Assembly (NCBI GenBank): GCA_004431415.1
Contig: QPMI01000005.1
Location: 310,001-374,000 of the forward strand
DNA length: 64,000 nucleotides
Direction: 5' to 3'
DNA from: Cyanophora paradoxa CCMP329
Lineage: Eukaryota > Plantae > Glaucophyta
A program made the translations under genes and the position numbers. The notes under the pieces were generated by a model, which saw nothing but the letters and a program-made list of their open reading frames with translations, was not told the origin of the DNA and did not search any database. Positions 1-12,706 of the stretch are shown in pieces; the stretch's first letter is position 1, and each line of letters begins with the position of its first letter.

Positions 1-2166
1 CACGGCAGGGCGATCTGCCTTCGGTCGGAGCGGGCGCGGCGGCTCGGCACGCGCTTCAGCGACGAGACCGTGCAGCTCTGCCTCCGCCTATGCGAGTCCT
101 CTCCAGGCGCGCCGGACCCTCCGCGTCCCCGCGCGCCCCGCCGCCGTCCCTCTCAACGCGTTCGAACTCGGCGCAGGCGGTGTCTTCACGTGGCACGGGC
201 TGGAGCGGGTACCGCCCGAGCTGCGGGGCGCCCTCGAGTCGCACAGCTGCATGACCGCCTTCGCACGCTTCGAGGTATCCCCCCGCGTCCACGCCTCGCC
301 CTCGCCCCTCGCCGGGCCAGGGGCGCTGACCGCGGGGGCCGGGGCGACGTGCGCAGAGCGCCGTGAACGCCATCATCGTCGTTGAGGATACCGGTGCGCT
401 CGAGCAGGCCGCGATCACGAGGCGCGCGGCGCGGCGCGGCGGCCTTACGCGGGGCCCGGGCTGGGGCGCAGACACGGTGGCGGGCTGGGGGGCCCAGGAG
501 AGCCGCTTCCTCCGCCTCGTCACCGACTCCTGCGGCCTCGTGCGCCTCCAAAGCTCGTCAGCTAAAGTCTAGAAGATCTTTTCAATCTTCGGGATTATAG
601 ATCGGACTAGACCCTCCGCTCTTCGGGTTGCACATGTATGACGGCTCGGGATCGGGGGCGGGCCTCGCCCCAGAGGGGCACCTAAACCGACCCGAGCTAG
701 AGCTCAAAACAAAAAGCTTCAAAGCTCAAAGCTTCTTATAACTCGCTAGATTTAGATCTAAAGTGACGGCTCGGGGGCAGGCGCTGGGGCAGGTGATGCT
801 GCGGGAGCGGCTGCTGCGCGAGGCGCGCCACTCGGCGCTGCTCGCGGGCATCGTACGCGAGATCTCCCAGGTTCGTCAAGCTTTCTCAGGCTTTCTTAAG
901 CTATAATATATAACCGTTTTACTATAACTCAACGGTTTTACTGTAAGATCTCTATACTATACGACGGGTGGGTAGGATGGGTTCGTAGGACGGCGCACAT
1001 GCGCGCGCTCGCTGCGGGCCGGGCCGGGCGGGCCCGGCGGGCGGGCGGGCGGGTAGGTTGGGGTGGGTCCGACGCCTCTTTTAGAGCTAAGAAGGAAGCT
1101 CAGTAGGAAGCCAAGGAAGGGAAGAAGTAAAGCCATGCGCGCGCGCGCCCTGAGCGGGTGGGTTTGCCCCGCGGGTAGGGTGGTTTCGAATTCGTAACAC
1201 GGCGCACATTTGAACCTCTAACTCAAGCATATAGAGCTAGATATTCGCTCTCTGCGCGATGCTCTGCGCTTATTCGTTAATGAGATAAGATTGACTCCGC
1301 GATCCATCGATATCGCAGGAGGTCGACAACTCAATTGAGACGATCGTCGCCCGAAGGTGCGTCGCCGCTCCCGGACCGGATCCGCCGCCCTAGTCACGCC
1401 CCTCTTAGAAAATTAGTTAGTTCCTCTTAGAACGCGCCCAGAACGCCCCTCTTAGTTGGGTAGTTCCGCCCTAGGATCCGCGCCCAGAACGCCCCTCTTA
1501 AGCTTAGTTACTTAGTTCGGACCTCTTAGATCTAGAGCAATCCACTTCGAGATTTAAGACCCAAAACCCAGTTTCGCTTTCGCTTTCTCATTTTGAGGCT
1601 TGAATTGCAGCGCGGAGCTGGTGGGCAGGGCCTTCCGCGCGGACCGCTGCGCCGTCTTCCTCTACAACGACAACACCTACCAGGAGCGCCTTGTCCAGCC
1701 CCAGGTAATTAATTATGCAAGAAACAATCAATAAAGAAACCCTCGCCCGCTTCGCCGAAACGATTGCAAGAGACCAATAAGAGAAAGCTCTTAGAAGCTA
1801 TTAGAAGCACGTACCAGGAGCGCCTCGTCCAGCCCCAGGTCCCTGCCGTTTATTAATCGATGCGTCCCGCCTTAAGCGTGTTATTTTACGATTTTCGTTG
1901 TTATATATTACGCGTTCCTTCATCGTTGGCGATTGGGTTGGCGATTAATATATTTCCTTGGCTGACTTGAGCTCGCATATCGGCTGCAGTTTGTCTGGGC
2001 CGCCCGCCCCGACATACCCACGGTGCGTCGGCGCTGTCGTAGCCACAGATTCCTGTCGAGCACTGGGGGGCGCGCTCTTACTCTGAGCGCAGTTCGGGGG
2101 CGGATTCGAACCGGAGTCTACCGCAATGCTGTGGCAGATGATGTTTGCGTCCCCCGGTGCGCGACT

Positions 2167-2200
<34 letters not shown>

Positions 2201-5200
2201 CACCCCTTTCCCTGGCGCCGCGGGGCGGCTGAGGGCGGCGCCTTGCCCGTCCTCCGTTGCGAGGCGCCGCGCACTAGGGCGAAGCACTGCTTTTTCATAT
2301 AATCGATGCGAACGTTATAATAAGAGATACTACCGAATTCATGTGTTCGAGTCTAAGACATGCTGCTGGCCGTCTTTAATTGAGAGAGAGCGGACTTCCC
2401 CCAGTGGCTGCCATGGCCAGACTGATTCGAATCCGCTCCGGATCCGGTCCCAGACGGCGTGCTGCACATCCCGAGCCGACTTTACGAGCCGTCTTATCAT
2501 TCTCTAAAACAGCGACGCTAGCGCTGCTTTTTCAGCCCCCCTTCCAGCCTTCCAGCCCTCCAGCCTTCCAGCCCTCCAGCCTTCCAGCCCTCCAGCCTTC
2601 CAGCCCTCCAGGCTGACAGGCTAGCGCTGACTTGACTCTGCTTGACTCTGACTGATTCGGATCCGCTCCGGATCCGGTCCCAGACGGCGTGCTGCACATC
2701 CCGGACATCGCGGCGGCGTCGCGGGCGCTGGCGGGGCCCGGCGACGACGACCTCCGCAGGAAGGCCGAGATGCTCTGGTCCAAGTCCACGTGCGCTCTTA
2801 AGCTCTCTACTATACTTATTGCTAGTCTACTATCTATAATACGTGCGCTTAACTTCAATAATTTATAATGTTTAAATAAATTTACGATAAGTCCACGTCT
2901 GCAGTGTCTACTAGATTGCGTCCACGGCCGTCGTAAAGTCGTAAAGGAGCTCTAGATCTTGCGAGCTATTTATAGCGTCTGAGACGTGCGCGCGCGACAG
3001 GATCGGAACGCGGGCGATGTTCCGTGGGCAGGTGCAGGGCATGATCTCGAGTGCGCCCGGCCCGCCCCGCCCCGCCCTCCAGCATCGTATCCGCGGCCGT
3101 GGCCATCCGAGCCGTGAAAGTCTAGACGATCTAATTTAGATGTTTTTTCTTGAGCTGTATAGTTTCTGGTTTAGACGATCTAATTTAGATGTTTTTTCTT
3201 GAGCTGTATAGTTTCTGGTCTAGACGATCTAATTTAGATGTTTCTAGGGCTATATAGTTTCTAGTTTAGACGATGCGATGCCTCTAACGATCCTCCACGA
3301 TCGGAGCGAGGCCTCTAACGCGGCCCGCTCTGCCCGCCCGTGTTCCGCCCCGCTCGTGTAAATCGCTGGCTCTGACTCGGCCTGCGCGCTCTGCCCGCCC
3401 CTGCTCCGCCCGTCCCGCCGGCGCAGTCGAGACGGTGGACGAGCTGGCGTCGTGGACGCGGGAGGACTGCGCCCTCTTCCGCCACGTCGCCGACCACGTC
3501 GCCGTCGTGCGCCCGCCCCCAAGCATTAAAGAATAAGAGCCGTCTTAATAAAGGCCGCCCAAACAATAAAGAATAAGAGTCGTCTTTAATTAGTATAAGA
3601 ATGAGCACGTTTACGAAACCTCGTTCTTTATAGTCGTCAAAACTATCTTAAAACGGCTTCCGCAACGTCGCCGACCACGTCGCCGTCGTGCGCCCTTTTA
3701 GCTAGCTATAGCAATATTTGAGCAACAGTTTAAGAAACCTCGTTCTTAAACTGTTGCTCCTATAGAAGGAACAATAAGCTCTAATAGAAACATCGTCTTT
3801 AATATAAAGCTCTTCTCTTCCGCCACGTCGCCGACCACGTCCCAGTCGTGCGCCAATATATATTGGCTTTGCAGCTGCTTGTATGAGTGCAATTGCAGTC
3901 GCGGTTAGCTCAATTAGGCTCGCTTACACGAGCGAGTCCACAGCCACCGCATGCTTCGGCTGCGCCGTGTTTGGGATCGTTCCTGCGCCATGCAATTCCG
4001 CCCTCGACGCGGGCTCGCTCGCTCACTCGACGGGCCCGCAGGCGATCGCGACGGGGCGGGCGCTGCAGGAGCAGCGGGGCCAGTGCGCGGAGCTGGCGGG
4101 CAAGACGCGGGAGCTCGAGCGTCAGCTCCAGTACTCGGGCCTCCTCCAGGCCGTGCGCACGCGCCCGCTCCTAAGCCGACTTCGCCGCACGCCTTTTAGC
4201 TTAAAGCTTCACCGTTGATCACTTTGTATAAACTGGCGAGCGCCGTATATAAGTACTCGGGCCTCCTCCAGGCCGAGCGCGCGCGCCCGCGCCCGTGCCC
4301 GCCGCTTGCTAACTGGACGCTCCCCAACTTCGTTAAAACCGACTTCGCCGCTCGCTCGCCATCAAGCTTCTTCACCGCTGATATCGATCGCCTTGTGTTA
4401 ATTATATAAAAGCGCCGCACTCGACTGGCGAGCGTGGCCAGAGCGCCAGCTCTCCATCTGAATTTGACGCCCTCAGATGACGCGGGAGATCCACCAGATC
4501 CTGGGCGTCAAGGAGGTGCGTTCCCGGCGAAATTCATAAATTCCCGGCGAAATTCATGGCTCGCCCATGGAGAGCCATGTTGCTTGCTTGCGCATCTACC
4601 ACCTCAACTAAGCCACCCCGGGCTATCTCTCTTGCTTGCGATCCTGGCCTTGCTTGCGCCTCGGATATATATAGATGCATATCGACGGATATCGCCCGCA
4701 GGTCTTCCAGAAGAGCGCGAAGCTCGTGCGGGAGGCGTTCGGGGCCTCCCGCGTCCGCATCTCCAGCTTCGACGTGCGTACACCCCTCCCTTCCTACCCG
4801 CTCGCTTGTGGGCTGCATCACCCCCCGCCCTTCCCCTCCCCTTTATAATGAGCTTCAGTTCTAGCTCTCTCTGAATCTCACGTTTTGTTGGGCAGGACAC
4901 GAGCCTGGAGGCGATCGACCTGGCGCCCACGGTGCCCTCCTCCTCCGTCGTCCTCTCCACCCGCGAGATCGGTGAGGCGCCAAACGTATTACCGAGTTCA
5001 ATTCCCGCATTTTCATATCCGCTGCGGCGCCGTCTTGAGTTTGCCACTGTCGATGTATTGCGACTCGCTCAAAAGAGATATTTCGGTATTTTATCATAGA
5101 GAGATGCGCGGAAGAGACAGAGCGTAAACATCAATCGGCGAGTCTTCGACGTCCCTTCCTCATATGGCGGCCGCAGATCACATGATGGAGCAGGAGGGGA

Positions 5201-5532
5201 AGATCAAGGATGGGTACCTGGCCGCGATGAAGTTTCTGGCGCTCTCTGGCCGCCGGCTCTGGCCCATCTGTGACGTAACCGATGTGCGTGGCGTACCCCG
5301 GCGGCTTCGCCGTCAGCGCGGCTACGCCGTCAGCGTCGCCTCCGTCGTCGGGGTTGGCGGCTCTGCCGCACGTTTGCTTTTCACAGGGCGTCCGTGCCTG
5401 ATTCTGAGCTGCCGCTCGCGCACCTTCGTGCACTTTCATAGGCTCCGAGGCTCTAGACCTGCCTCAAATATACAGTTTTTCGGACGGCCTCCTCAACTGA
5501 TTCTGATCCTGAGCTGGCCCGCCTCCCCCCCC

Positions 5533-5564
<32 letters not shown>

Positions 5565-7535
5565 AGGTAGCGGAGATGGAGGCGCTGGGGTTTCACGGCG
5601 AGAACCTCCTCGCCGCGCAGCGCATCTTCCTCATGCAGAACACCAAGAGCATCGTCTTCGCCGTGCGCCCTAAAAACCTCTCTCTCCTAAGCATCGTAAG
5701 CTTAAGCTTTTACCTTAAGCTGAAGAGCATATTCTTCGCCGTGCGCCCCCGGAAGCTTTTACCTCTAACTCTAGATCTTCGAACAGTTCCTTCAATTAAA
5801 GACAATAAATCCTCTAACGGTTCCTCTAATTAATCTCTAGATCTTCGAACGGTTCCTCCAATTAATGATAATGGGATCTCCTGCCCCATCCTCAAGCATC
5901 GCCTTTGCCGTGCGCCAAGCTTGAGCTTCCGATATCGATTCCACCCGACTCATCGTCTTCGAATTTTCTAAAAACTCTAAATCCGTCGCCTTGCCCCGGG
6001 AGTCTCAGCCCATAACTCTTCGAACGCGTTTCGAAACCCATTAAATAATGAAATTCATCGCTCACGCCGGATATCCGACCTCAATCTCGCGCTGGCGGCT
6101 CCTCGGCTCACCGCCCTCTTGCGCAGTTCACGTCATTCCAGGGGAAACCCAACGGCGTGATCGGGGTGCGTCCCCCGCCCTGAGTGTCCGATGCTCAATT
6201 CGACCGAAAAGCATCATCCTACGTTGCCATGTTTAAGGCGCATAGAATCTGAACACCGTAGAAGACTCTATATAGTTACGCATCTAGACCTGTGAAGAAT
6301 CCGGAGCTGACGCGCGGCGCGCAGGTGAGCCAGATGGACGGCCCGCGGCGCTGGGACGAGGCGGAGCTCCGCCTCTTTCAGACCGTCTCCGAGCAGGTGC
6401 CGTTCGTTTTTCAAATTTATGAAACATTTCTAGCACTCTCCTAACGTTTGGTGGGCGTTGCGGATGGCCATGTCCGATCCTAAGAGTTGATGTTCTGCTG
6501 CGCCGCAGATCGGGGTGGCGATCGCCCAGTCGCAGCTGCTCTCCAGCGAGAAGGAGCAGCGCGAGCTGCTCGCCCGCCAGGCGCGCGCGCGCGCGCTCGT
6601 TCCTCTGCGCTCTTCGAATTCCGTCGTTTTTTGACGCTTGAATTGCAGAACGCCGCCTTGGACCAGGCCCGTAGGGAGGCCGATGCGGTGCGCGGCTAGT
6701 TTAATTGATTGTATACGTAAATGCAATCGGGAATCAGATTAAGCTAAAGCTAAGTTCAGCTTAGGGTTGAATTGCCGCTCGCTGAATACGTCGCGCCGCA
6801 GGCGTCGACCGCAAAGTCTCAGTTCCTCGCCATGGTTCGCCCGCGGCTCTGAATCTGAATTCGAAAGATCTAGATCTAGGTCCAGAAGGATGCGAGCGAC
6901 CGACCGCCCGCGTGCGCTCACTTGCGCTGGCTCGCGTGTCGCAGGTGTCGCACGAGATTCGGACGCCGATGAACGCGCTGTGCAACATGAGCGAGTTCCT
7001 GCTCGACACGGAGCTCTCCCCGCAGCAGTACGAGTGCGCGCGCCCGGGCCCGCAGAGATCGGGGTTGGAGTCGAAGCCGTCTGATGTCGCGATCGCGACC
7101 GGCAGCTTCTGCTCGACGATGCACAGCTCCAGCTTCGCGCTGCTGAACATCCTCAACGACATCCTCGACACCTCCAGGCGCGTTCGCCCGCCCTCGTGAT
7201 CACGAACTAAGAAAAGCCTGTATTAGATGTAACCCTATAAAATGCCACTCGAACCTTCACTTGTATTGCTATATATCTCCGTAATCCGGTCCTCCAGCTA
7301 GCTACCCTTTCTATAATAGATTGAGAGGAAATCTGATCCAAGAAAAACTCTTATAGCTATAGTATAGCGCCCTCACGATCACAAATCCCCGCGCTGCCGC
7401 GGATCTAACGTCTGGTCGGGCTTGGCAGGCTCGAGTTCAACAAGGTGGAGATCAAGCGCGAGTCGGTCGTCGTGCGGGACCTCGTCGAGAAGGTGAACGG
7501 GTGTAAAGATTTACTTATCTAGATTATCTACCTAG

Positions 7536-7575
<40 letters not shown>

Positions 7576-10500
7576 CTCTTTGGTCTCCTGCGTGTTTGTC
7601 CATCCCGTCTGACTTCGAATCCGCCCCGGCAGGTGGTGGAGCTCATGTTCCCGTCGGCGGCGCAGAAGGGGATCGACCTGACGTGGCACGTCGCACGGGG
7701 CGTGCCCCGCGCGATCTTCACCGACGGCGCCCGCCTCAACCAGATCGTGCGCCTCGTTTGTTTCGTTTCCCTTGTTGTTGTTCACTGCAGCTGCGCGCGC
7801 GTGATACGTGATTTGTGGTCTTCTCCCAGCTCGTAAACTGCGTGGGGAACGGCGTCAAGGTCAGTCAGGCCTTTGCTACATCCATTAAATTACGTGTTCC
7901 CGCATCCCGCGGCCGTCGCTAACCTTGACCTGAACCTCCGAATAAATAAATTCGCGATCAGTTCACGACGAGCGGGGAGGTGAGCGTCGTGGCGGACGTC
8001 GACGAGGCCTCGGGCGCCCTCCGCATCGCCATCCGGGACACCGGCATCGGTATCTCGGCTGAGGACCAGAAGAAGCTCTTCTCCTGGTTCTACCAGGTGC
8101 CTAATTATGAGCTCATCGTTTTTGCTTTACGCTTGTTATAAATTATAAGATGTTAAGACATTCCCAGGCCGACAGCGGCCACGCGCGCGAGTATAACGGT
8201 GACTCACGTCGGCGTCAGTACTTTCCCGCGCCGGCGCCGCCTCTAAGCACAGCCCTCCGGCCAGGGACGGGCCTGGGGTTATTCATCTCGCGGAAGCTGG
8301 CGGTTCTTTTGGGGGGCAGCCTGACCTGCAGCAGCGAGCTCGGCCGCGGCTCGTCGTTCGTCCTCTGCCTCCCGCGCGCCGCCGTGGCAGAGCCGGCGGA
8401 GAAGGCCGTGCAGGGCGACGCAAACGGGTCGAGCCACCACCCTTCGAGCCCGGCCGTGCAGGGCAGCGGCGGGCTCACACTCGCCGGCCGCCGCGTCGCC
8501 ATCGCCACCCACTCGCCGGCCACTTTTGTGCGTATACACACTCTAGGCTGCGCCGAGAGAGGGCGACCCGTTTATAGTACACACTGCGGCGACTGCGCTA
8601 TAGTACATGTGCCTGCGCATGCTCTCGCGTGCCTGCGCATACACGCTCTAGATTGCCGGCCAAACCCGGCCTACCCTCCGAGAGAGGGCGACCCGTTTGA
8701 CTTTGACTGTGGTCTGTGGACTGTGGGCGCAGTCGCTGCTGCGGGACGCGCTGGAGGACGCCGGGGCGGCCGTCTCCGAAGCCGACGCCGACGCCACCGG
8801 CGCCAGGGGCGGCGCGGACGCCGTGATCGTCGACCTGGCGCCCGGCGCCCCGCAGGCCAAGGTGGGACCCGCGCGCACTCTGCACGGCCATGGTCAATCA
8901 AATAAAACGAGGCTGCGGCGTCTGAAGCCTTCGCTGCGCCTGATAATCCCCCGACTCCTTCGCGATTGACCTCTGCTGCGCCCGCTGACCCGCTCGGCGT
9001 GCGCGCGTTCGTAGCTGGCGGCGAAGCTGGCGGGGGCGGTGTGGGTGGCGCTCGTCGCCCGCGGCGCGGCCTGCCAGGACCCCGCCACCAAGGTGCCCGG
9101 CAAGCGCGCCCGCAAAGTCGAAATTTTCCTAGACTTCATCGCAACGGAGCCTCGGAGTTGAGATTCGTGCTTTGGTCTGCTCACGAGCCTCTCCACGTGC
9201 CGGAAAGACACTCTCCATGCTCGGAATTCGAAGACTTTAAGTTTAGGCGTGGATTTAACTTTGCGTTCGGATCTTCGCGTTTGGAGGCTTTGATTTGGCG
9301 CGCCGCAGACGTGCCGGGCGATCGTGACGAAGCCGATCAAGTCCCGCGCCGCCGTCGACGCCGTCGCTGCCGCCCTCGCGATCGGCCCCGCCGCCCTGGG
9401 CCAGGGCCAAGGCCCGGGCCCGGGCCCCGCCTCCCCGCCCGTCTTCTCGTCGCGCTTGCGGGAGTCGCCCCGCAACAACGTTAACTCGCCGCGAGCCTCG
9501 CCCAAGGCACTGCCGCTGGCCCCCGCGGCCGCTGGCCCGGCCGCCGCCGACGTCTGCCGCCTCCGCGTCCTCGTCGCCGAAGACGTCGAGGTCCGCCCCC
9601 TTTCTATTATTAGCTCAAGGTTACAACAGATCCATTGTATATAGATAGACGTTGAGGTCCTCCGGATCCCTCCTAACGATCCGATCGATTCTATCCGTCC
9701 ATGGCTATCATATCGTCCAACCTCCCCCCAAAAAGATATTGATAGCTGCAGGTTCCCAATTGCAATAGGTCCGACGGTCTTCTCTTAAGAATTTTATATG
9801 CATACCGTTTAGACTTTCATTCCTATCCGTTCTATTCTATTCTACTCTATCCATTGTATTCTATTATAACCTCCGCGCAGGTGAACAAGAAGATCCTGCT
9901 GCTGATGCTCAAGAAGGCCGGCCTGGGCGACGTCCCCGCCGTCTCCAACGGGGCCGAGGCCCTCGCCGCCCTCTCCGACGCCGCCGCCGCCGGCTCCCCC
10001 TTCCACTGCCTCCTCCTCGACGGTCCGTCCCCATCGCAGCCCAAAAGCCTTTCTATGAGTTATTATACATTCTTAGCCATTCTTAATGAATCCCGTCCTT
10101 TAATGATACATACCGTGATATAGATAAAGCCGATATATATAGTATATATAGGCTCCCCCTTCCACTGCCTCCTCGACGGTCCGCATTCGTTACTCCCCCT
10201 TCCACTGCCTCCTCGACGGTCCGATTCTGAAAGAATATACCCGTCCTTTTATGATACATACCGTGCCTTCGATTAGCTTTAGCTGTTCATGATGGCCGCT
10301 GCTTAGTTATCCGTGCATATCACAACAGATTTTGAAGTTGTAACAAGGATTTAGACGTTAGATATTACGGCCCCGAATTGCAGTTCTGAGAGAGCTCCCG
10401 CCTCCGATCCACCCTTCATTTTCTGACGCTGCCGGCTCGCTCGACAGTGATGATGCCCGGTTCGTGTGCATCCAAAGCTCAAGGCGGGCGGGCGGGCCGA

Positions 10501-11037
10501 CTCGCGCCGCCGCCGCCGCGTCTTCGCCTCTTTGATTCAAGCCGTCTTCGCTGAGTAGCGCGCCCCGGCTGACCGTTCCTCTCTCCCCCCCTTCGCGGCG
10601 CGCGCGCGCGCAGTGATGGACGGGATCACGTGCGCTCGGCGCATCAGCGCGGAGCTGCCGCCGGACCAGCGTCCCTACGTCGTCGCCCTGTGCGCCCCGG
10701 CCCCTTTACATCTTCTCTTCTCTTCCGCGCGCCGCCGTCGACGTCCAAAGACGTCGGTTTGACCGGTGATCCGCGTCGGCTCGCGCCGCAGGACGGCGAG
10801 CGCGATGGCGGGGGACAGGGAGCGCTGCCTCGCCGCCGGCATGCAGGACTACTGCTCGAGTCCGCCCCGTTCCCTTTAATTTCTTCTTGGCCGACTCGCA
10901 GCCGGGGCTCGAGCTCGCTGACGTCTACGTCTACGGAACGCGCAGAGCCGATTCGGATGGAGGAGCTCTCAGCGGCGCTCGCGCGGGCGGCCGCCGCAAT
11001 GCACCCGCAGCTGCCCCCGCTCCCCGGGCAGCTTTGA
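1..11037 (+). CDS. Hybrid sensor histidine kinase (about 3 GAF-like domains, HisKA, HATPase, degenerate REC, REC); multi-exon, 5' end outside window
   Basis: Manually spliced exons give GAF-like segments ([18 protein letters not shown]; [21 protein letters not shown]; [24 protein letters not shown]), H-box [18 protein letters not shown] (about 6810-6975), N-box [17 protein letters not shown]1 IRDTGIGI, G2 GTGLGLFIS, receiver [12 protein letters not shown]...LLLDVMMPVMDG...[24 protein letters not shown]; stop TGA 11035-11037. Confidence 0.92.
2540..2610. repeat. 8-bp tandem repeat (CCAGCC[C/T]T)n in kinase intron
   Basis: About 8-9 copies visible directly. Confidence 0.9.
3121..3272. repeat. 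About 49-bp AT-rich tandem repeat x3 in kinase intron
   Basis: TAGACGATCTAATTTAGATGTTT... recurs at about 3123, 3172 and 3221. Confidence 0.9.
7539..7573. repeat. (CTAT)n microsatellite in intron
   Basis: Direct inspection. Confidence 0.9.
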
Positions 11038-12207
11038 TCGCTTAGCTGTTAGGATTGATATCGAGACGCACAGTAGTTGCAGCCTGCATGCGCAGCCGTG
11101 TATGTGCTGCCTCGTTAGTTGCAGCCTGCATGCGCAGCTGCAGCTGTGCATGTTCATGTTCAAACGATCATGAGGATCATAGGTCATCGATTGCGCGCTG
11201 AGGCCGGCGGAGCCGCAGGGGGCGGGCAGCAAGGGGAGGAAGCCTTGAAGGCCTAGGAGGCGCCGGGGCCGGCGCCTCGAGCTCCGAGCTCATGATCAGC
11301 TGCAGCGGACGCCGGCGCCGGGATTCTCAGGAGCGTTCCGATGGGGTCGGGTCGGGGGTAGCTATTTATATAAGCTTGATTCAGCCTGAAATAAGCCTTG
11401 AAACCTAATTCAAGCTTGAAATAAACCTGATTTAAGCCTAGGCAAAACCTGATTCAGCCTGCCTCCGCCGGGGCCTGGCCTGATTTAACTTGATCAGGCC
11501 TACTGTACGTACTAGTACTCCGAAACAAGGCTGATGACTCAGTGATATGCATGAGCCGCTGAGCTCCCCGGGCCGTTTTACTATAGCTATAGCTAGCTAT
11601 ATAGTGGCATGGGGCGATCGCGACCCCCACCGCGGGCTCCAAGCTCCAGCTGCCGCTGTGCAGGCCGCCCCAGACCTTCAACGGCTTGCCATGCTGGTGG
11701 CCCATGGCCTGGCACCCGGGTGACCCCGCGCGCCTGCTCTCCGATCGCGCCCGCGCCGAACCTGTACAGGACTCCGGGACGTCACGGCGTACGCGTTCGC
11801 GATCGCCATCTTCTCGAGCCCCCCCGTCCGGCCGAACCGCTGGAAACAGCGGCGCGCGGGCCCGGGGGAGGGGGCAACCCCCTCCCTGCCTGGCCTCCTT
11901 CGAATTCTCGAGCCCCGACGACGAGCGCTAGCCGACGCTAGCGCTGAAGGCCCTCGTTGCGGGGGAGCGCCTCGCCCCAGTGGCCTCTCCCGAGTCCCGA
12001 CCCTGTGCGTCGAGCCCAGGGACGTCGCCACCGCCCTGCAGCTGCGCGCCGTCTCCGCCGCCTCCGAGCTCGAGGCTCGGGCCGACAGCGGGCCTCTTCG
12101 AATTCGTCGGCCCGACGCCTTCGCGCTAGCGCTGGTCCCGGCGCCTCTGTACGTATACCGTAGTACATGCGCTCGAGCCGCTCGCTACACGACCGTCGGA
12201 CCGCATG

Positions 12208-12407
12208 GCAGTGCGGCGCATGCGCATGTTCCATGTAATTTTCGTTTTGGGGTAATTTTCATAAAATTACACCAGCGGTCATGGAATTTCCGTCGACCTG
12301 TGGGCCAAGTATGTGCCCGGCACATGCCACGGAATGTGCCAGGCACTTAAAAACGAAAATTACACGAGACGAAAATTACACGGAGCACATGTCATGCGCA
12401 CCACTGC
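12208..12407. mobile_element. Putative MITE (about 200 bp, about 55-bp imperfect terminal inverted repeats)
   Basis: Left GCAGTG..GCGCATG..CATGTTCCATGTAATTTTCGTTTT is the reverse complement of right ..ACGAAAATTACACGGAGCACATG..CATGCGCA.CACTGC; internal repeated GAAAATTACAC; no clear TSD. Confidence 0.55.
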
Positions 12408-12706
12408 AGCTAGCGCTGGGCCAGCGGCCCAATTGCAAGCTTAAGCACATGAGAATCCCCGGGCTTTGGCTTTGGCAATTGCAAGCACATGAGAATCCCC
12501 GGCGTCGACGTCCGCGTCATTTGGCTTGGGGGCAAGCTCTTGCATCAAGCCCTAGCCCGGCTGGCTTGGGCGAGTTGAAACCGTACCCCCTTCCAGCTAG
12601 ACCCCCCACGAGCCGCCGCTCTTCGCCGCGCATCAGCCTCCCGATTGACCAGCAGGCGCGCGTCGAGCCAGTGGACGAGCCCCCGCCGCGCGCAGCCCAG
12701 CCCGCG

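Noticed and set aside
3474-3854. CRISPR-like repeat-spacer pattern (three about 40-bp repeats with AT-rich spacers)
   Set aside because: The repeats are copies of an exon end plus donor, the spacers are over 115 bp and related to each other, there are no cas genes, and the context is eukaryotic
1-6700. Phytochrome or cyanobacteriochrome call for the GAF kinase
   Set aside because: No recognisable bilin-binding CH motif or PHY-domain PRxSF motif in the exons recovered
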